This document shows positions 46,940 through 58,796 of a stretch of DNA of 64,000 bases, piece by piece. The stretch spans positions 11,718,001-11,782,000 of the forward strand of contig CATNEN010000003.1 of NCBI GenBank assembly GCA_950097015.1. The letters are read 5' to 3'. Every line of letters begins with the position of its first letter. Position 1 is the stretch's first letter. The position numbers were made by a program, and so were the translations under genes. Source of the stretch: Macrostomum hystrix (lineage: Eukaryota > Animalia > Platyhelminthes). Below the pieces are notes generated by a model, which had not been told where the DNA came from, ran no database searches, and worked only from the letters and a program-made list of their open reading frames with translations.

Positions 46940-47977
46940 GTGGCCTGCACTAGCTTTGAGTATCGGGGTCGTCAGCCAATCGCAACCGTCGGCCGGTCTC
47001 TCGGCCAATCAAACGGCGGCAATAGTTTAATAATTCAACAGCGCAGCGCCCAGGTCAAACAGAGGCTAGAAGAGAAATTTCTCGGCACCGGTGTTGGATC
47101 TGGCGACTTGACCGACGCCTCTTCCGGTCACCCGACACCGCCGCTATCTTCTTCGTCAACCCAGCAGCATCAGCAGCAGCAGCAGCAGAATCCCCCTGGC
47201 AGTGGCAGCGGCGGTAGCGGCAGACGGAAAAGCATCGGCTCCATCCTAACAATGCCCCATAGCCAGTCGGATAATTTTCTAGCCTCAGCCGCTATTAATA
47301 GTAGTAGCAACGCGAATTCGTCGATATTAACCTCGTCAATCACTAGCAGCAACAGTCGTCAAAGATTAGCGGCGGCAAGACGCGAAGCCGCTGCAACCAT
47401 AGCCGCTGCTGGTATTGTCCAAGGCTTATCTGTGCCTCCTCCGCCTTTGATCTCGCCGCCTCCGCCTCCGCCGCCTCCCGGGCCATTGTTGATCAATCAG
47501 TCCAGGCAGAAACACAATCCGGTGCTTGAAGGCAATCTGTCGCTAGAGGTGACACTGACAGCTCTTGACACGGCCGAACTAATACTATCTACATTTCAAG
47601 GCACAGAGTCTTTGCCATGCTATCTGGGCCTAATTCTACGACTTTACCTGCGTTGCCTAAGTTTGAATCAGTGCTCAACTGCTCTAAATTCGTTGTTTGC
47701 TAGTTTGCGCAGCTTCCTAGTTAAATTTCCCGAGACTGTCTTTGAAGAGGAGGCCGACCAGTGCACTTCGCTCTGTCTGCAGCTATTGCGCTATTGCGGC
47801 TCACGCCTGACCGAGATTCGAACTCAGGCTGCCGCCACTCTCTACCAATTGATGAGGATTAATTATACTAGGAAATTTCACTTTAGCAAGGTCAAGATGC
47901 AGCTGACCATGGCTTTGAGCAGCTTTGTGTCTGATCGGGAGATGTTTAACGAGGATTATTTGAGGAGATCGCTCAAG
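46940..47977 (+). CDS. DOCK-C GEF exon 5
   Basis: FEYRG; LEGNLSLEV; KFPETVFEEE; FSKVKMQLTMALSS; LRRSLK. Confidence 0.93.
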
Positions 47978-48174
47978 GTGAGGCTCCTTTTATCTAAGGT
48001 TGCTAGTTTCAGAGGGAGTAGGGAAGAAATGGGATCTTAAAAAGGGAAGAGAGGGGAGCTAGAGTAGGCAAGAGATAGGAAGCCAGAGTAGGGAAGAGTG
48101 AGGAGATAGAGTAGGGAAGAAAGGGGAGCTGGAGGAAGGAAGAAAGGTGAGTTTATAGAAAAAATGGTAGTTTG

Positions 48175-49110
48175 TGGAGGGAAGAAAGGGGTTGCTTGTA
48201 GAGGGAAGAAAGGGGAGCTTGTTGAGGGAAGAAAGGGGAGCTTGTTGAGGGAAGAAAGGGGAGCTTGTTGAGGGAAGAAAGGGGAGCTTGTAGAGGGAAG
48301 AAAGGGGAGCTTGTTGAGGGAAGAAAGGGGAGCTTGTAGAGGGAAGAAAGGGGAGCTTGTTGAGGGAAGAAAGGGGAGCTTGTTGAGGGAAGAAAGGGGA
48401 GCTTGTAGAGGGAAGGAAGGGGAGCTTGTTGAAGGAAGAAAGGGGAGCTTGTTGAGGGAAGAAAGGGGAGCTTGTAAAGGGAAGAAAGGGGTGCTTGTAG
48501 AGGGAAGAAAGGGTTGCTTGTAGAGGGAAGGAAGGGGAGCTTGTAAAGGGAAGAAAGGGGTGCTTGTAGAGGGAAGAAAGGGTTGCTTGTAGAAGGAAGG
48601 AAGGGGAGCTTGTTGAGGGAAGAAAGGGTTGCTTGTAGAGGGAAGAAAGGGGAGTTTGTAGAGGGAAGAAAAGGTAGCTTGTTGAGGGAAGAAAGGGGAG
48701 CTTGTTGAGGGAAGAAAGGGGAGCTTGTAGAGGGAAGAAAGGGGAGCTTGTTGAGGGAAGAAAGGGGTGCTTGTAGAGGGAAGAAAGGGTTGCTTGTAGA
48801 AGGAAGGAAGGGGAGCTTGTTGAGGGAAGAAAGGGTTGCTTGTAGAGGGAAGAAAGGGGAGTTTGTAGAGGGAAGAAAAGGTAGCTTTTTGAGGGAAGAA
48901 AGAAGAGCTTGAAGAGGGAAGAAAGGGGAGCTTGTTGCGGGAAGAAAGAAGAGCTAGTAGAGGGAAGAAAGGGGAGCTTGTAGAGAGAAGAAAGGGGAGT
49001 TAGTAGAGGGAAGAAAGGGGAGCTCGTAGAGGGAAGAAAGGGGAGCTTGTAGAGAGAAGAAAGGGGAGCTTGTAGAGAGAAGAAAAGGGAGTTTGTCGAG
49101 GGAAGAAAGG
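48175..49110. repeat. DOCK intron 5 minisatellite (23-mer, G-rich)
   Basis: gagggaagaaaggggagcttgtt units. Confidence 0.95.
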
Positions 49111-49204
49111 GTGGCGGGACGAGAAAAGGAAATGACGCGGTATCGGCAGTCACAAAACTCTACCATAAATCTATCCCATTCTCATCCATTGCTACCCTAC
49201 GCAG

Positions 49205-49655
49205 GCGCTCCTATCCTATACGGATCGTGACGAAGCTGTGTGCGAGAATTTCAGCGGCCAAGTGCAAGACCTGGTCCTAAATCTGCACACAATTCTATCC
49301 GACACTATCAAAATGAAAGAATTCTCTGAAGATCCCGAGATGCTAGTGGATCTGATGTATCGCGTTGCCAAGGGCTACGCTAATAGTCCAGATTTGCGTC
49401 TCACCTGGCTGCAGAACATTGCTAGGCAGCATTTGACTCACAAGCATTACGCTGAAGCTGGCATGTGCCTACTGCACTCAGTCTCATTGGTAGTGGAATA
49501 CTTGCACATGATGGACCCGGTGCAACACATGCCAGTTGGTTGCGCAGTTTTTGCTGGCATCAGCAAGAATGTTCTGGAGGAGAGCGCCGTGTCTGACGAT
49601 GTTATCAGTCCTGAAGAGGATGGCGTCTGCTGCTCCAACTGGTTTCTGAGACCCG
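49205..49655 (+). CDS. DOCK-C GEF exon 6 (start of DHR-2)
   Basis: EDPEMLVDLMYRVAKGYANSPDLRLTWLQ; NVLEESAVSDDVISPEEDGVC. Confidence 0.95.
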
Positions 49656-49719
49656 GTAAGATGCCTCAGTTTATCCCAATGCTAAGCTAAAAATGTTCCA
49701 AATCTATCTTCAGGATGAA

Positions 49720-50450
49720 GCCTAAAATAGTTCAGATTGTATCCTAAATCTTCAGATCGAATCCTAAATCTTCAGATGGAATCCTAAATCTTCAGATCGA
49801 ATCCTAAATCTTCAGATCGAATCCTAAATCTTCAGATCGAATCCTAAATCTTCAGATATAATCCTAAATCTTCAGATCGAATCCTAAATCTTCAGATCGA
49901 ATCCTAAATCTTCAGATCGAATCCTAAATCTTCAGATCGAATCCTAAATCTTCAGATTGTATTTTAAATCTTCAGATCGAATCCTAAATCTTCAGATCGA
50001 ATCCTAAATCTTCAGATCGAATCCTAAATCTTCAGATCGAATCCTAAATCTTCAGATCGAATCCTAAATACTTCAGATCGTAGCCTAAAATACTTCAGAT
50101 CGTAACCTAAAATACTTTCAATCGTAACCTAAAATACTTCAGATTCGAGCCTGAAATAGTTCAGATTGTAGCCTCAAATACTTCAGATTCTAGCTTAAAA
50201 TACTTCAGATTGTAGCCTAAAATACTTCTGATTCTAGCTTAAAATCGCCAGATTGTATACTAAATCTTCAGATCGAATCCTAAATCTTCAGATCGAATCC
50301 TAAATCTTCAGATCGAATCCTAAATCTTCAGATCAAATCCTAAATCTTCAGATGGAATCCTAAATCTTCAGATCGAATCCTAAATCTTCAGATCGAATCC
50401 TAAATCTTCAGATCGAATCATAAATCTTCAGATCGAATCCTAAATCTTCC
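49720..50450. repeat. DOCK intron 6 minisatellite (20-mer)
   Basis: aatcctaaatcttcagatcg units, with a divergent internal block. Confidence 0.95.
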
Positions 50451-50552
50451 CAATCTTGAGATTATAATTGCGTAATCTTTCCATAAATCACTAATGTAAG
50501 TTTTATCCCAGATCTTTAAATCAGTGTTTCTCCTCAAATCCCCACAATGCAG

Positions 50553-50923
50553 AGCTGCTAGCCCTAGTCGATCACTCGGCTCAATTCTTTGAACTATCCG
50601 GCCTTTACGAATTCATCGAGCCATTGTACACTGCCCTTCTGCCGCTGCATCGATACAACAAAGACTACAGGCGACTGTCGGCCGTGTACGCCAAGATGCG
50701 CGACAGCTGCGATAATATCGCATTCAACGAGAACAAGCGAATGTTTGGCACCTATTTCCGGGTCGGCTTCTACGGACACCGGTTCGGCGATTTGGACGGC
50801 GAGGAATTCGTCTATAAGGAGCCGCCGCTGACTAAACTGCCCGAGATTTCTCACCGATTGGAAAGATTCTATAGCGATAGATTCGGCGCGAATAATCTCA
50901 TCATTGTCAAGGACTCAAATGCG
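50553..50923 (+). CDS. DOCK-C GEF exon 7 (DHR-2)
   Basis: RMFGTYFRVGFYG..FGDLDGEEFVYKEP..TKLPEISHRLE. Confidence 0.95.
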
Positions 50924-50989
50924 GTGAGTAGCTTATTTAGCACATTTACTACTCTTCTGCAATGTCTGGTGAGATATCTGTATATTTGG

Positions 50990-51460
50990 AGTGAGATTTC
51001 ATGGGAGATTTCAGTAGATTTGATATGAAATTTTAGTAGATTGAGTATGAGATTTCAGTAGGTTTGATATGAGATTTCCGTTGATTAAGTATGAGATTTC
51101 TGTAGAATGGGTATGAGATTTCATTAGATTGGGTATGAGATTTCAGTAGATTGAGTATGAGATTTCAGTAGATTAAGTATGAGATTTCTATAGATTGAGT
51201 ATGAGATTTCAGTAGATTGAGTATGAGATTTCAATAGATTAGGTATAAGATTTCAGTAGATTGGGTATGAGATTTCAGTAGGTTTGATATGAGATTTCCG
51301 TTGATTGAGTATGAGATTTCACTAGATTGAGTATGAGATTTCAGTAGATTCAGTATGAGATTTCACTAGATTGAGTATGAGATTTCAGTAGATTCAGTAT
51401 GAGATTTCAGTAGATTGAGTATGAGATTTCAGCAGATTGAGTATGAGATTTCAGTCGATT
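50990..51460. repeat. DOCK intron 7 minisatellite (22-mer)
   Basis: gagtatgagatttcagtagatt units. Confidence 0.93.
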
Positions 51461-51528
51461 TTCAGTGGGGTGTATAAAGTTTCAGGTAATTTTGTATTGA
51501 GATTTCAATTGCAATCACGAAACCACAG

Positions 51529-52251
51529 GTGGAGCGAGATCGCTTAGATCCTGACAAAGCCTACATCCAGGTGACCTACGTTGAGCCCTACCTGGAGCCT
51601 TATGAACTACGCGAGCGTCAGTCGCTATTTGAGCGCAACAACGGCATAGCAACGTTTGTCTATTCGACTCCCTACACGCAGAGCGGCAGGGCGCATGGCG
51701 ACTTGCAGGATCAGTGCAAGAGGAAAACTGTGCTAACCACCAGTCACACTTTTCCCTACATCAAGACTCGCCTATTGGTGATTGACAAGAAATCATTCAG
51801 CTTATCTCCAATCGAAGTTGCTATAGAAGATTTAGAAAAGAAGAATGCCGAACTAACCAAAGCGTTGGAGTTGCATCCGCCAGATATGAAAATTCTACAA
51901 ATGGTTCTGCAGGGCTCCATTGGCGCCACAGTCAACCAGGGTCCAGTTGAGATGGCGTCAGTTTTCTTAGCTTCAGTGGCAGACGGTAGTCAGCCGCCCC
52001 AACCGGCGCATCACAAGCTGCGCCTGGCATTCAAAGAATTCCTATTGAAATCGCACGAAGCTCTTGCTAAGAATCGTGATTTGATCATGTCTGACCAGAC
52101 GGATTATCAGACTGAGATGGAGAAAAATTATCAGCTGATTAAAGATCAGCTCATGCCGCTGACTAGTTGGGGTAATCCGACATTTGATCGTGATCAACGC
52201 GTCGTCATGACAACCAGAAGGAAGAGCAACTCCTCCTTATCTAGTTGTTGA
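51529..52251 (+). CDS. DOCK-C GEF exon 8 (DHR-2 catalytic lobes, terminal)
   Basis: AYIQVTYVEPY; KRKTVLTTSHTFPYIKTR; LQMVLQGSIGATVNQGP. AATAAA follows at about 52325. Confidence 0.95.
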   Translation: MERDRLDPDKAYIQVTYVEPYLEPYELRERQSLFERNNGIATFVYSTPYTQSGRAHGDLQDQCKRKTVLTTSHTFPYIKTRLLVIDKKSFSLSPIEVAIEDLEKKNAELTKALELHPPDMKILQMVLQGSIGATVNQGPVEMASVFLASVADGSQPPQPAHHKLRLAFKEFLLKSHEALAKNRDLIMSDQTDYQTEMEKNYQLIKDQLMPLTSWGNPTFDRDQRVVMTTRRKSNSSLSSC

Positions 52252-53594
52252 CATTTTTTGAAAACTATTTTATTGCTTTGCAATCAGAATGGCTAATTCC
52301 TTGAGAAGAAAACTAAATTAACGCAATAAAATAATTTTATTTTTTGATTATACATTTATTGTTATTAAAATGTCTCATAATTCCTCATTCCATTTTTTAT
52401 ATATTTAGGGTGAGATTTTCTTGATATCGTTTATGTTAATATTGGTCGGGGGTTCGATTCCCTATTCGATTGGAACAATTTAAGATGCTAAAATCTGGGT
52501 GTGGATCCCCCAGTCCATGGACTGAAACTACTAGGTTCTAATTTAGGCGAGCAAATTAATTTTTATATTTTAGGATGAGACCTTTGGTATATCTAGAATC
52601 AGATTCTTGTAAATTTTAGAGGTGAGACAACACGAAATAAATAAAGTTTTTATATACGTTGCATATTGTCTACTGGCAGTACAAATGTGCGTTTTTTATT
52701 CCTTAATTTAAGAAAAACTTGCGAAAATGTCGTAAGTAATGAAACTTTTGTTTTCTAATTATACAAACAATTTTTTAATCAAGTAACGTGCTGCGTACGG
52801 CTATTAAATTAGTTATTTCGTACACCGCAATCGCTTCTGTAAGTAGTATGTTAGTGTATCATGCGGATCTAAAATATGAAAACAATTATCTGAGAAATTC
52901 CTGTTACTTCACTAAATATGATTCCTTTTAAACAATAGCATATATTCCTGGCTTTGCCTATTTACCTAAACAATCAGCAAGTTTTTTAGAAGTTAATTGA
53001 AAAGTTTGTCTTTTATATAATTAAATCATAAATACTAGTCTATTCTAGTTATTATCATTATTGTATGCATCTTCAATATATATAATCTCGTACGTTTTTC
53101 CATTTTCACAGCACTCTTTGACTTTTATCTGCTGTCTTTTTTCTTTTCCTTCAAGTTTGTCGTAATTGTTTATTTTCCGTGTTTTTTATATCACTCCAAC
53201 ACAGCTATTATTAATTAATTCCCAATAAACTTTTTTATTCAAAATTATGCGTCTATTTACTGATAAGCTACTTGTGTGTTTAAGTAGTATTTTGCGTATC
53301 CTTTTCAATTTAAGAAAAAGCCACGAAAGTACTATGCACAATACTAATAGACAAATTGATAAAAAAATATAAATTTTGAAAACAGAGCATAAATAACATG
53401 CCTGCATAATAGATTTTATTTTATTTATTCCGCGAGTAATATTAATTGCATGAAATCGCTTTTAACTTTTGTTTTTTAGGCGAGAATTTTACTAGTAGTT
53501 TTTAACAGAGTGTATCTTGACTGGCTCGTGACTAAAAGAATTCACTCTTGCCCTCTTTTAAATTTATGATTGTTACTTGGTCCAACGGGACCAT

Positions 53595-53988
53595 ATAATA
53601 TATATAATAATTGACACTAGACCCAAGGGCCAGTGCAGGTGTTGTGTCAGGCACACTAGCAGGTGGGGACTGCACACCTATTGTACTCCCCGGCTCTCTC
53701 GGACACCAGTTGACAGCCGCGTGTCAGCAATGGAATTTATTTTTCCAAACATATCGGCAGCATACAAACCCCACAGAATTGCCGCACAGAACTGCTTTAT
53801 TCCACGCCAGCCGGAATTATTATTACCCGACGAAATGTCGGTACTCATTTGCAGCTGAGTAGACTGTGTGCACATCAGGGCAAAGCAGCTTGCCAAAGGC
53901 TGCACGAATAGTTCTAGACTAGGTCGGGAGTCGAACCCAGGACCATCTAATCCAGAGTCCGACACCTTACTGACTGAGCTATCCGCCC
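53595..53988 (-). mobile_element. tRNA-derived SINE with CORE-like centre (third family)
   Basis: Minus strand: GGCGGATAGCTCAGTCAG (A-box), GGTTCGACTCC (B-box), gcctttggcaag...ctcagctgcaaatgagtacc, ending gggtctagtgtca-attatta. Confidence 0.88.
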
Positions 53989-54284
53989 TTCCCTAGTATT
54001 AATGGGACCATCCCTAGTATTAATGCATGTCTGAAGATGCATCTGCCCTTATTCGACATTCATGATGCCCATTGTTTGCCCATCTGATAGCTGAACTCAA
54101 ATAATTACGGTGAATTATAGTTGACTTGAAGATTTAGAAAGATATACTTTCAGGAGGTTGCAATCAGTTTTGCTGGTGTTATATTGAACACGCACAAGGC
54201 ATGTGTTTCTCCGATCGACTTAACTTACAGTATACTGAACAGCTAGACTAGAGCAGCTTTGATAAGGGTAAGAAAATCAAATCT

Positions 54285-54798
54285 CTGCCTCATCTCTACC
54301 GTGTCTCATTTCTCCCGTATCTCTTCCGTCTTATCTCTCCCCAGTCTCATTTCTCCTCTGCCTCATCTCTCCCAAGCATAATCTCTTTTCTGCCTCATCT
54401 CTCCCCTGTGTCATCTCTCTCCTGCCTCACCTCTCCCAAGCCTCATCTCTCCCCAGCCTCATCTCTCCCCAGCCTCATCTCTCCTCTGCCTCATCTCTCC
54501 CCAACCTCATCTCTCCCCTGCCTCATCTCTACGAAGCATCATCTCTTTTCTGCCTCATCTCTCCCCTGTCTCATCTCTCCCCAGTCTCATCTCTCCTGCC
54601 TCATCTCTCCCAAGCCTCATCTCTCCCCAGCCTCATCTCTCCTCTGCCTCATCTCTACCAAGCATCATCTCTTTTCTGCCTCATCTCTCCCCTGTCTCAT
54701 CTCTCCTGCCTCATCTCTCCCAAGCCTCATCTCTCCCCAGACTCATCTCTCTTATCTGCCTCATCTCTTCCAGTCTCATCTCTCCTCTGCCTCATCTG
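54285..54798. repeat. Pyrimidine-rich irregular repeat (cctcatctctcc core)
   Basis: Repeated gcctcatctctccc; a similar but more degenerate tract lies at about 18585-18720. Confidence 0.88.
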
Positions 54799-55434
54799 TT
54801 CGTGTATCCGTTGTCTGCTGTGGTCTATTCAATAATCAGTCTGTTCAGCAAGGAATAACCGATGACCTGTCTTGGTCCAAACTGGTTGTTTTTCAAAAAG
54901 CACGTTGGCTTCAAAGGATTTCAATCCTATGTATTATATTTTGAGTCAGCTTGAGTTTTTTATCTGATTGATCACTTCTGTCATTCACTTCTGTCAATCA
55001 TCATGATATCATCATGACTTCAATCATCATGATGATCACTTCTGTCAATCATGCTTATCATATATTGTTACTCTGGCCTTGTTGCTATTCAGTTGTAATT
55101 TTATCAGTCAAAGGCAAACCTGGTCAATCCTGGACGATATTAAAATTTCAATACGTCAACGTCATCATTTGTCAACAATTCATCAAAGACAATTTGGCAT
55201 TTTTTTATCCAGTGACGAATAAGAAAAGCAACAGATTAGAAAAATGAAGAGGTTTTTACGATATGGCAGAGATGAGTTGCTGATGCGAGGATAAAAGGAT
55301 TTTGAAGTTGCTTTAAAACAGCAAATCTGCTTCCTTCAATTGCTCCAAATTTTATTCTATCTAAAACTAAAACCAGTCAAATGAATCTGTGGACTAGCAA
55401 AGCAAAGACCATTGCTGCTGTTTTGACAATATCC

Positions 55435-56310
55435 CGGGAAATGGGAAATCCCATAAGTTTCGGGAAATGGGATGTAGCATATCGGATTAGGGATATAAGT
55501 TTCAGGAAATGGGATGTAGCATATCGGATTAGGGATATAAGTTTCAGGAAATGGGATGTCGCATATCGGATTAGGGATATAAGTTTCAGGAAATGGGATG
55601 TCGCATATGGGATTAGGGATATGGGTTGCGGGAAATGGGATGTGGTATCTGGGATTATGGATATGGGTTGCGGGAAATGGGATGTGGTATCTGGGATTAG
55701 GGATATAAGTTTCAGGAAATGGGATGTGGTATCTGGGATTATGGATATGGGTTGCGGGGAATGGGATGTGGTATCTGGGATTAGGGATATAAGTTTCAGG
55801 AAATGGGATGTGGTATCTGGGATTATGGATATGGGTTGCGGGGAATGGGATGTGGTATCTGGGATTATGGATATGGGTTGCGGGAAATGGGATGTGGTAT
55901 CTGGGATTATGGATATGGGTTGCGGGAAATGGGATGTGGTATCTGGGATTAGGGATATAAGTTTCAGGAAATGGGATGTAGGATATCGGATTAGGAATAG
56001 AAGTTGCGAGAAATGGGTTGTAGTATCTGGGATTAGGAATATAAGTTGTGAGAAATGGGTTGTAGTATCTGGGATTAGGGATATAAGTTACGGGAAATGG
56101 GATGTGGGATTTGGGATGTAGGATATGGGATGTGGGATTTGGGATTCGGGATTTAGGATGTTGGAAATTAAATGTTAGAAATGTAATATAAGATATTGAT
56201 TGTGGGAAATGAGGTGCGGTATATTGGGTGGTAGGATATTTGATGTGGGATGTAAGATATTAGATATGGGGGTTAGGACGTAGGATATAGGATGTGGTAA
56301 ATGGGATGTA
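55435..56310. repeat. 42-bp minisatellite with degenerate tail
   Basis: gggaaatgggatgtggtatctgggattatggatatgggttgc units. Confidence 0.93.
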
Positions 56311-56584
56311 GTAACTGCCTAGCATGAAACAATAAAATGTCGTGTTACGGATTGCTACGGATGCAACGGATGGTACTCTTAGTACCAAACTGCTTGGCCT
56401 TGGCGAGTTCCGGCTGCTTGACCAACTGTGCGATTAGAACAATTGAATTACCGGAAATACTAGTATCGGTCGATTATCGATTTTTCTGTTGGTCTCTAGA
56501 AAAACACACAAAATACTCACAGTCCTATTGTAGAATTAGTCTGGATATATCCCAGTCTCTAATCTCACTGTTTAATCTCATACG

Positions 56585-57470
56585 GGGTGCCTCTAGCCCC
56601 AAGGTCCCTGAGCTCGATTCCGCGGCGAGGCCACATTAAATTGGGGGGGGGGCAACCGCGGAGAGAAGGCTTGAGGGCCAACCTCCAAAGCACAGTGAGA
56701 GTGTACACTGTCTGACGATGAGAAAGTCAGGGTAGATGAACACACCTGTGTGTGTGCTCAGGAGTCCAAGGCCGGTCCGACGGGTTCGCTTTTTGGCCCC
56801 GTGCCTGCGGTCTCCACCCCTACCGCCGTCGTCAACACTCGGATTAACCAGTGGGTGACCTCAAAGCACAAGGACAGATGGATCAATAACGCCGACTGTC
56901 GGCAGTCTCGCGCTGCTGTCCCTTGTCCCTCCACCGCCCTTCGCAAAGCCTTGCTTGGACTGAACCGCAAGGACATCAGGGCAGTTACCATGGCCCTCTC
57001 TGGCCATGGCTGTTTCGCCAGGCACCGCTTCCTGCAAGGCAAAATCCGCAGTGAGGAATGCCCCTTCTGCCTCTCCTATGTTGAGGATGCAGAGCATTTC
57101 ATTTGCGACTGCCCCGCCTTCACTCAGGACAGGCTCACCTATCTCGGCCCAAACCCGGATCTCCCCGACGTTTTCAGGCCTGAGAACATCTGCCAGCTCG
57201 TCCGATACCTGAGGGCCATCGGGCGAGCAACCCTCCACCTCCTGGACTCTCCGGAGGAGGACCGCGCTGCGGACGCCGGCACCACCGGATCCCCCTGCGC
57301 GACACCGCAGCTCTAGTTGCCCGTGGTCGCCAGGGGCTAGCGGAATGGGCGGCAACGCCTCCCCGCTGCATCCGGAAGATGCCCCCTGCAGCTAAGTCAA
57401 GTGCTCAGGAGTCAGCGAAATGGGCAGAATTGCCTCCTCGCTGGCTGCGGGTCTAGTGTCACCAAATGTT
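56585..57470 (+). mobile_element. SINE of the 36.3-kb family, split by a LINE insertion
   Basis: 56585-56766 matches the SINE 5' half and 57401-57468 its 3' half. Confidence 0.88.
56767..57400 (+). mobile_element. 5'-truncated non-LTR retrotransposon (LOA/R1/I-group-like ORF2 C-terminus plus 3' UTR)
   Basis: RW...CRQS...[10 protein letters not shown]...CPFC...[13 protein letters not shown] (C-terminal CCHC finger); stop at 57316; tail gcagctaagtcaa; TSD gtgctcaggagtc at 56754-56766 and 57401-57413. Confidence 0.92.
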
Positions 57471-57679
57471 GTGTCTAATCTGTCTAATCTCAGTGTTTAA
57501 TCTCATTAATTAGTCTAAGATTTCTAATCGATAATACTTTTGCTTCAGAAAAGACAAGTTTTTTTTCCATAGACAAAAAGCAACGAACTAAAAGGTGAGC
57601 ATACTTGCTGAGCAGAGCTGAACTTATTTGGTAGATTATCAAATTACAAGCAAACTACATTGGCCTCATTGAGTTTAAC

Positions 57680-58024
57680 ATGGAAGTGCATCACAGTAAA
57701 AAAACTGGCTTGACTACCGCAGAAGATGCAACATTTATAACGGCAGTTGCAGCTATCGCTTGCGCTGTTGTACTAATAGCCTACAGTTTCCTGTACTTAC
57801 CTATGCAACGCATCCTAACTGATCAGAACGAACTATTGACTAGAGATCGCGACATAAATTTCTATTTGAATTATTACAACTTTGCCGACCAAGTTATGAA
57901 GATTAATTTCTGTTTGAACGCAAATCCATTATCGCAGCATCTCACAACTACTGAACTTCATCGGTCTGGCGACGAAATATCTAGATTGCAACCTACTCAA
58001 CTCGGCAGAAGTCATGATTTTTGA
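57680..58024 (+). CDS. Hypothetical 114-aa single-pass membrane protein
   Basis: ATG-initiated ORF with one hydrophobic stretch (FITAVAAIACAVVLIAYSFLYL) and AATAAA downstream; no family recognised. Confidence 0.3.
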   Translation: MEVHHSKKTGLTTAEDATFITAVAAIACAVVLIAYSFLYLPMQRILTDQNELLTRDRDINFYLNYYNFADQVMKINFCLNANPLSQHLTTTELHRSGDEISRLQPTQLGRSHDF

Positions 58025-58796
58025 GCAGTTTTTTAACGGAATTATAACTCGGTAGAGTCCAGTTTCAATTAAACACTACTTCTATTTTGTTAGCCGTGAT
58101 TTTTTATATCTTTGAAATAAAATAATACTTCAAATCGCAACGTTGGAATCTACCTTGAAATTTCAAGTCAATGTAGTTTTTATTTATAAAGTCTGACTAA
58201 CTACTTAAAGTAGTAAACGAAATTTACATCACTTCAGATCCAGGTATTTTAACGCTTTTGTGTTATCTTGCGAGATCTTATTATTTGCGTGCTACAACTT
58301 TGTGTTGTTTAAAGTCGTAAATCAATCTCCAGGTAACGTGATGTGAGTTCTAGCTTTGCTTTATCAATTCAGGTCGGCGAGTAAAAGAAAGACTGGAGAT
58401 TGAGGTATGGGATCTTCGCTATGACAGTTGAATCGATTCTTATATTTGAAATAAAAAAGATATCACGGTATTACAGCAAGGCAAGATGAAAAATATCTAA
58501 CTATATAGATTTAAAATTCAAGTACACGTACAAAAGCATGCGAACATTGTTTTACATTTCGAAACTCCAAGTTAAGTCCTATTTCACTTGAAAAGGTTTT
58601 GTTTTACAAGAAGGATGCGTTTAATCAAGATAATCCCAATTAAACCTATCACTTTCTGATAACAACCCAATAATCTTGAGTTTAAGACGCTCGAGAAAAT
58701 TGTACAGTATCCGTCAATGGTTATTTTGGAATATTTAGGCATATGGTTATTTTGGTTAGCGACAGTGTCAGAGCCCAATGGTCTATCAAGACTTGC

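Noticed and set aside
53910-53988. tRNA-like sequences here and at about 23125-23197 and 36560-36633
   Set aside because: They lack a complete cloverleaf acceptor stem and continue into SINE bodies and tails, so they are called SINE heads, not tRNA genes.
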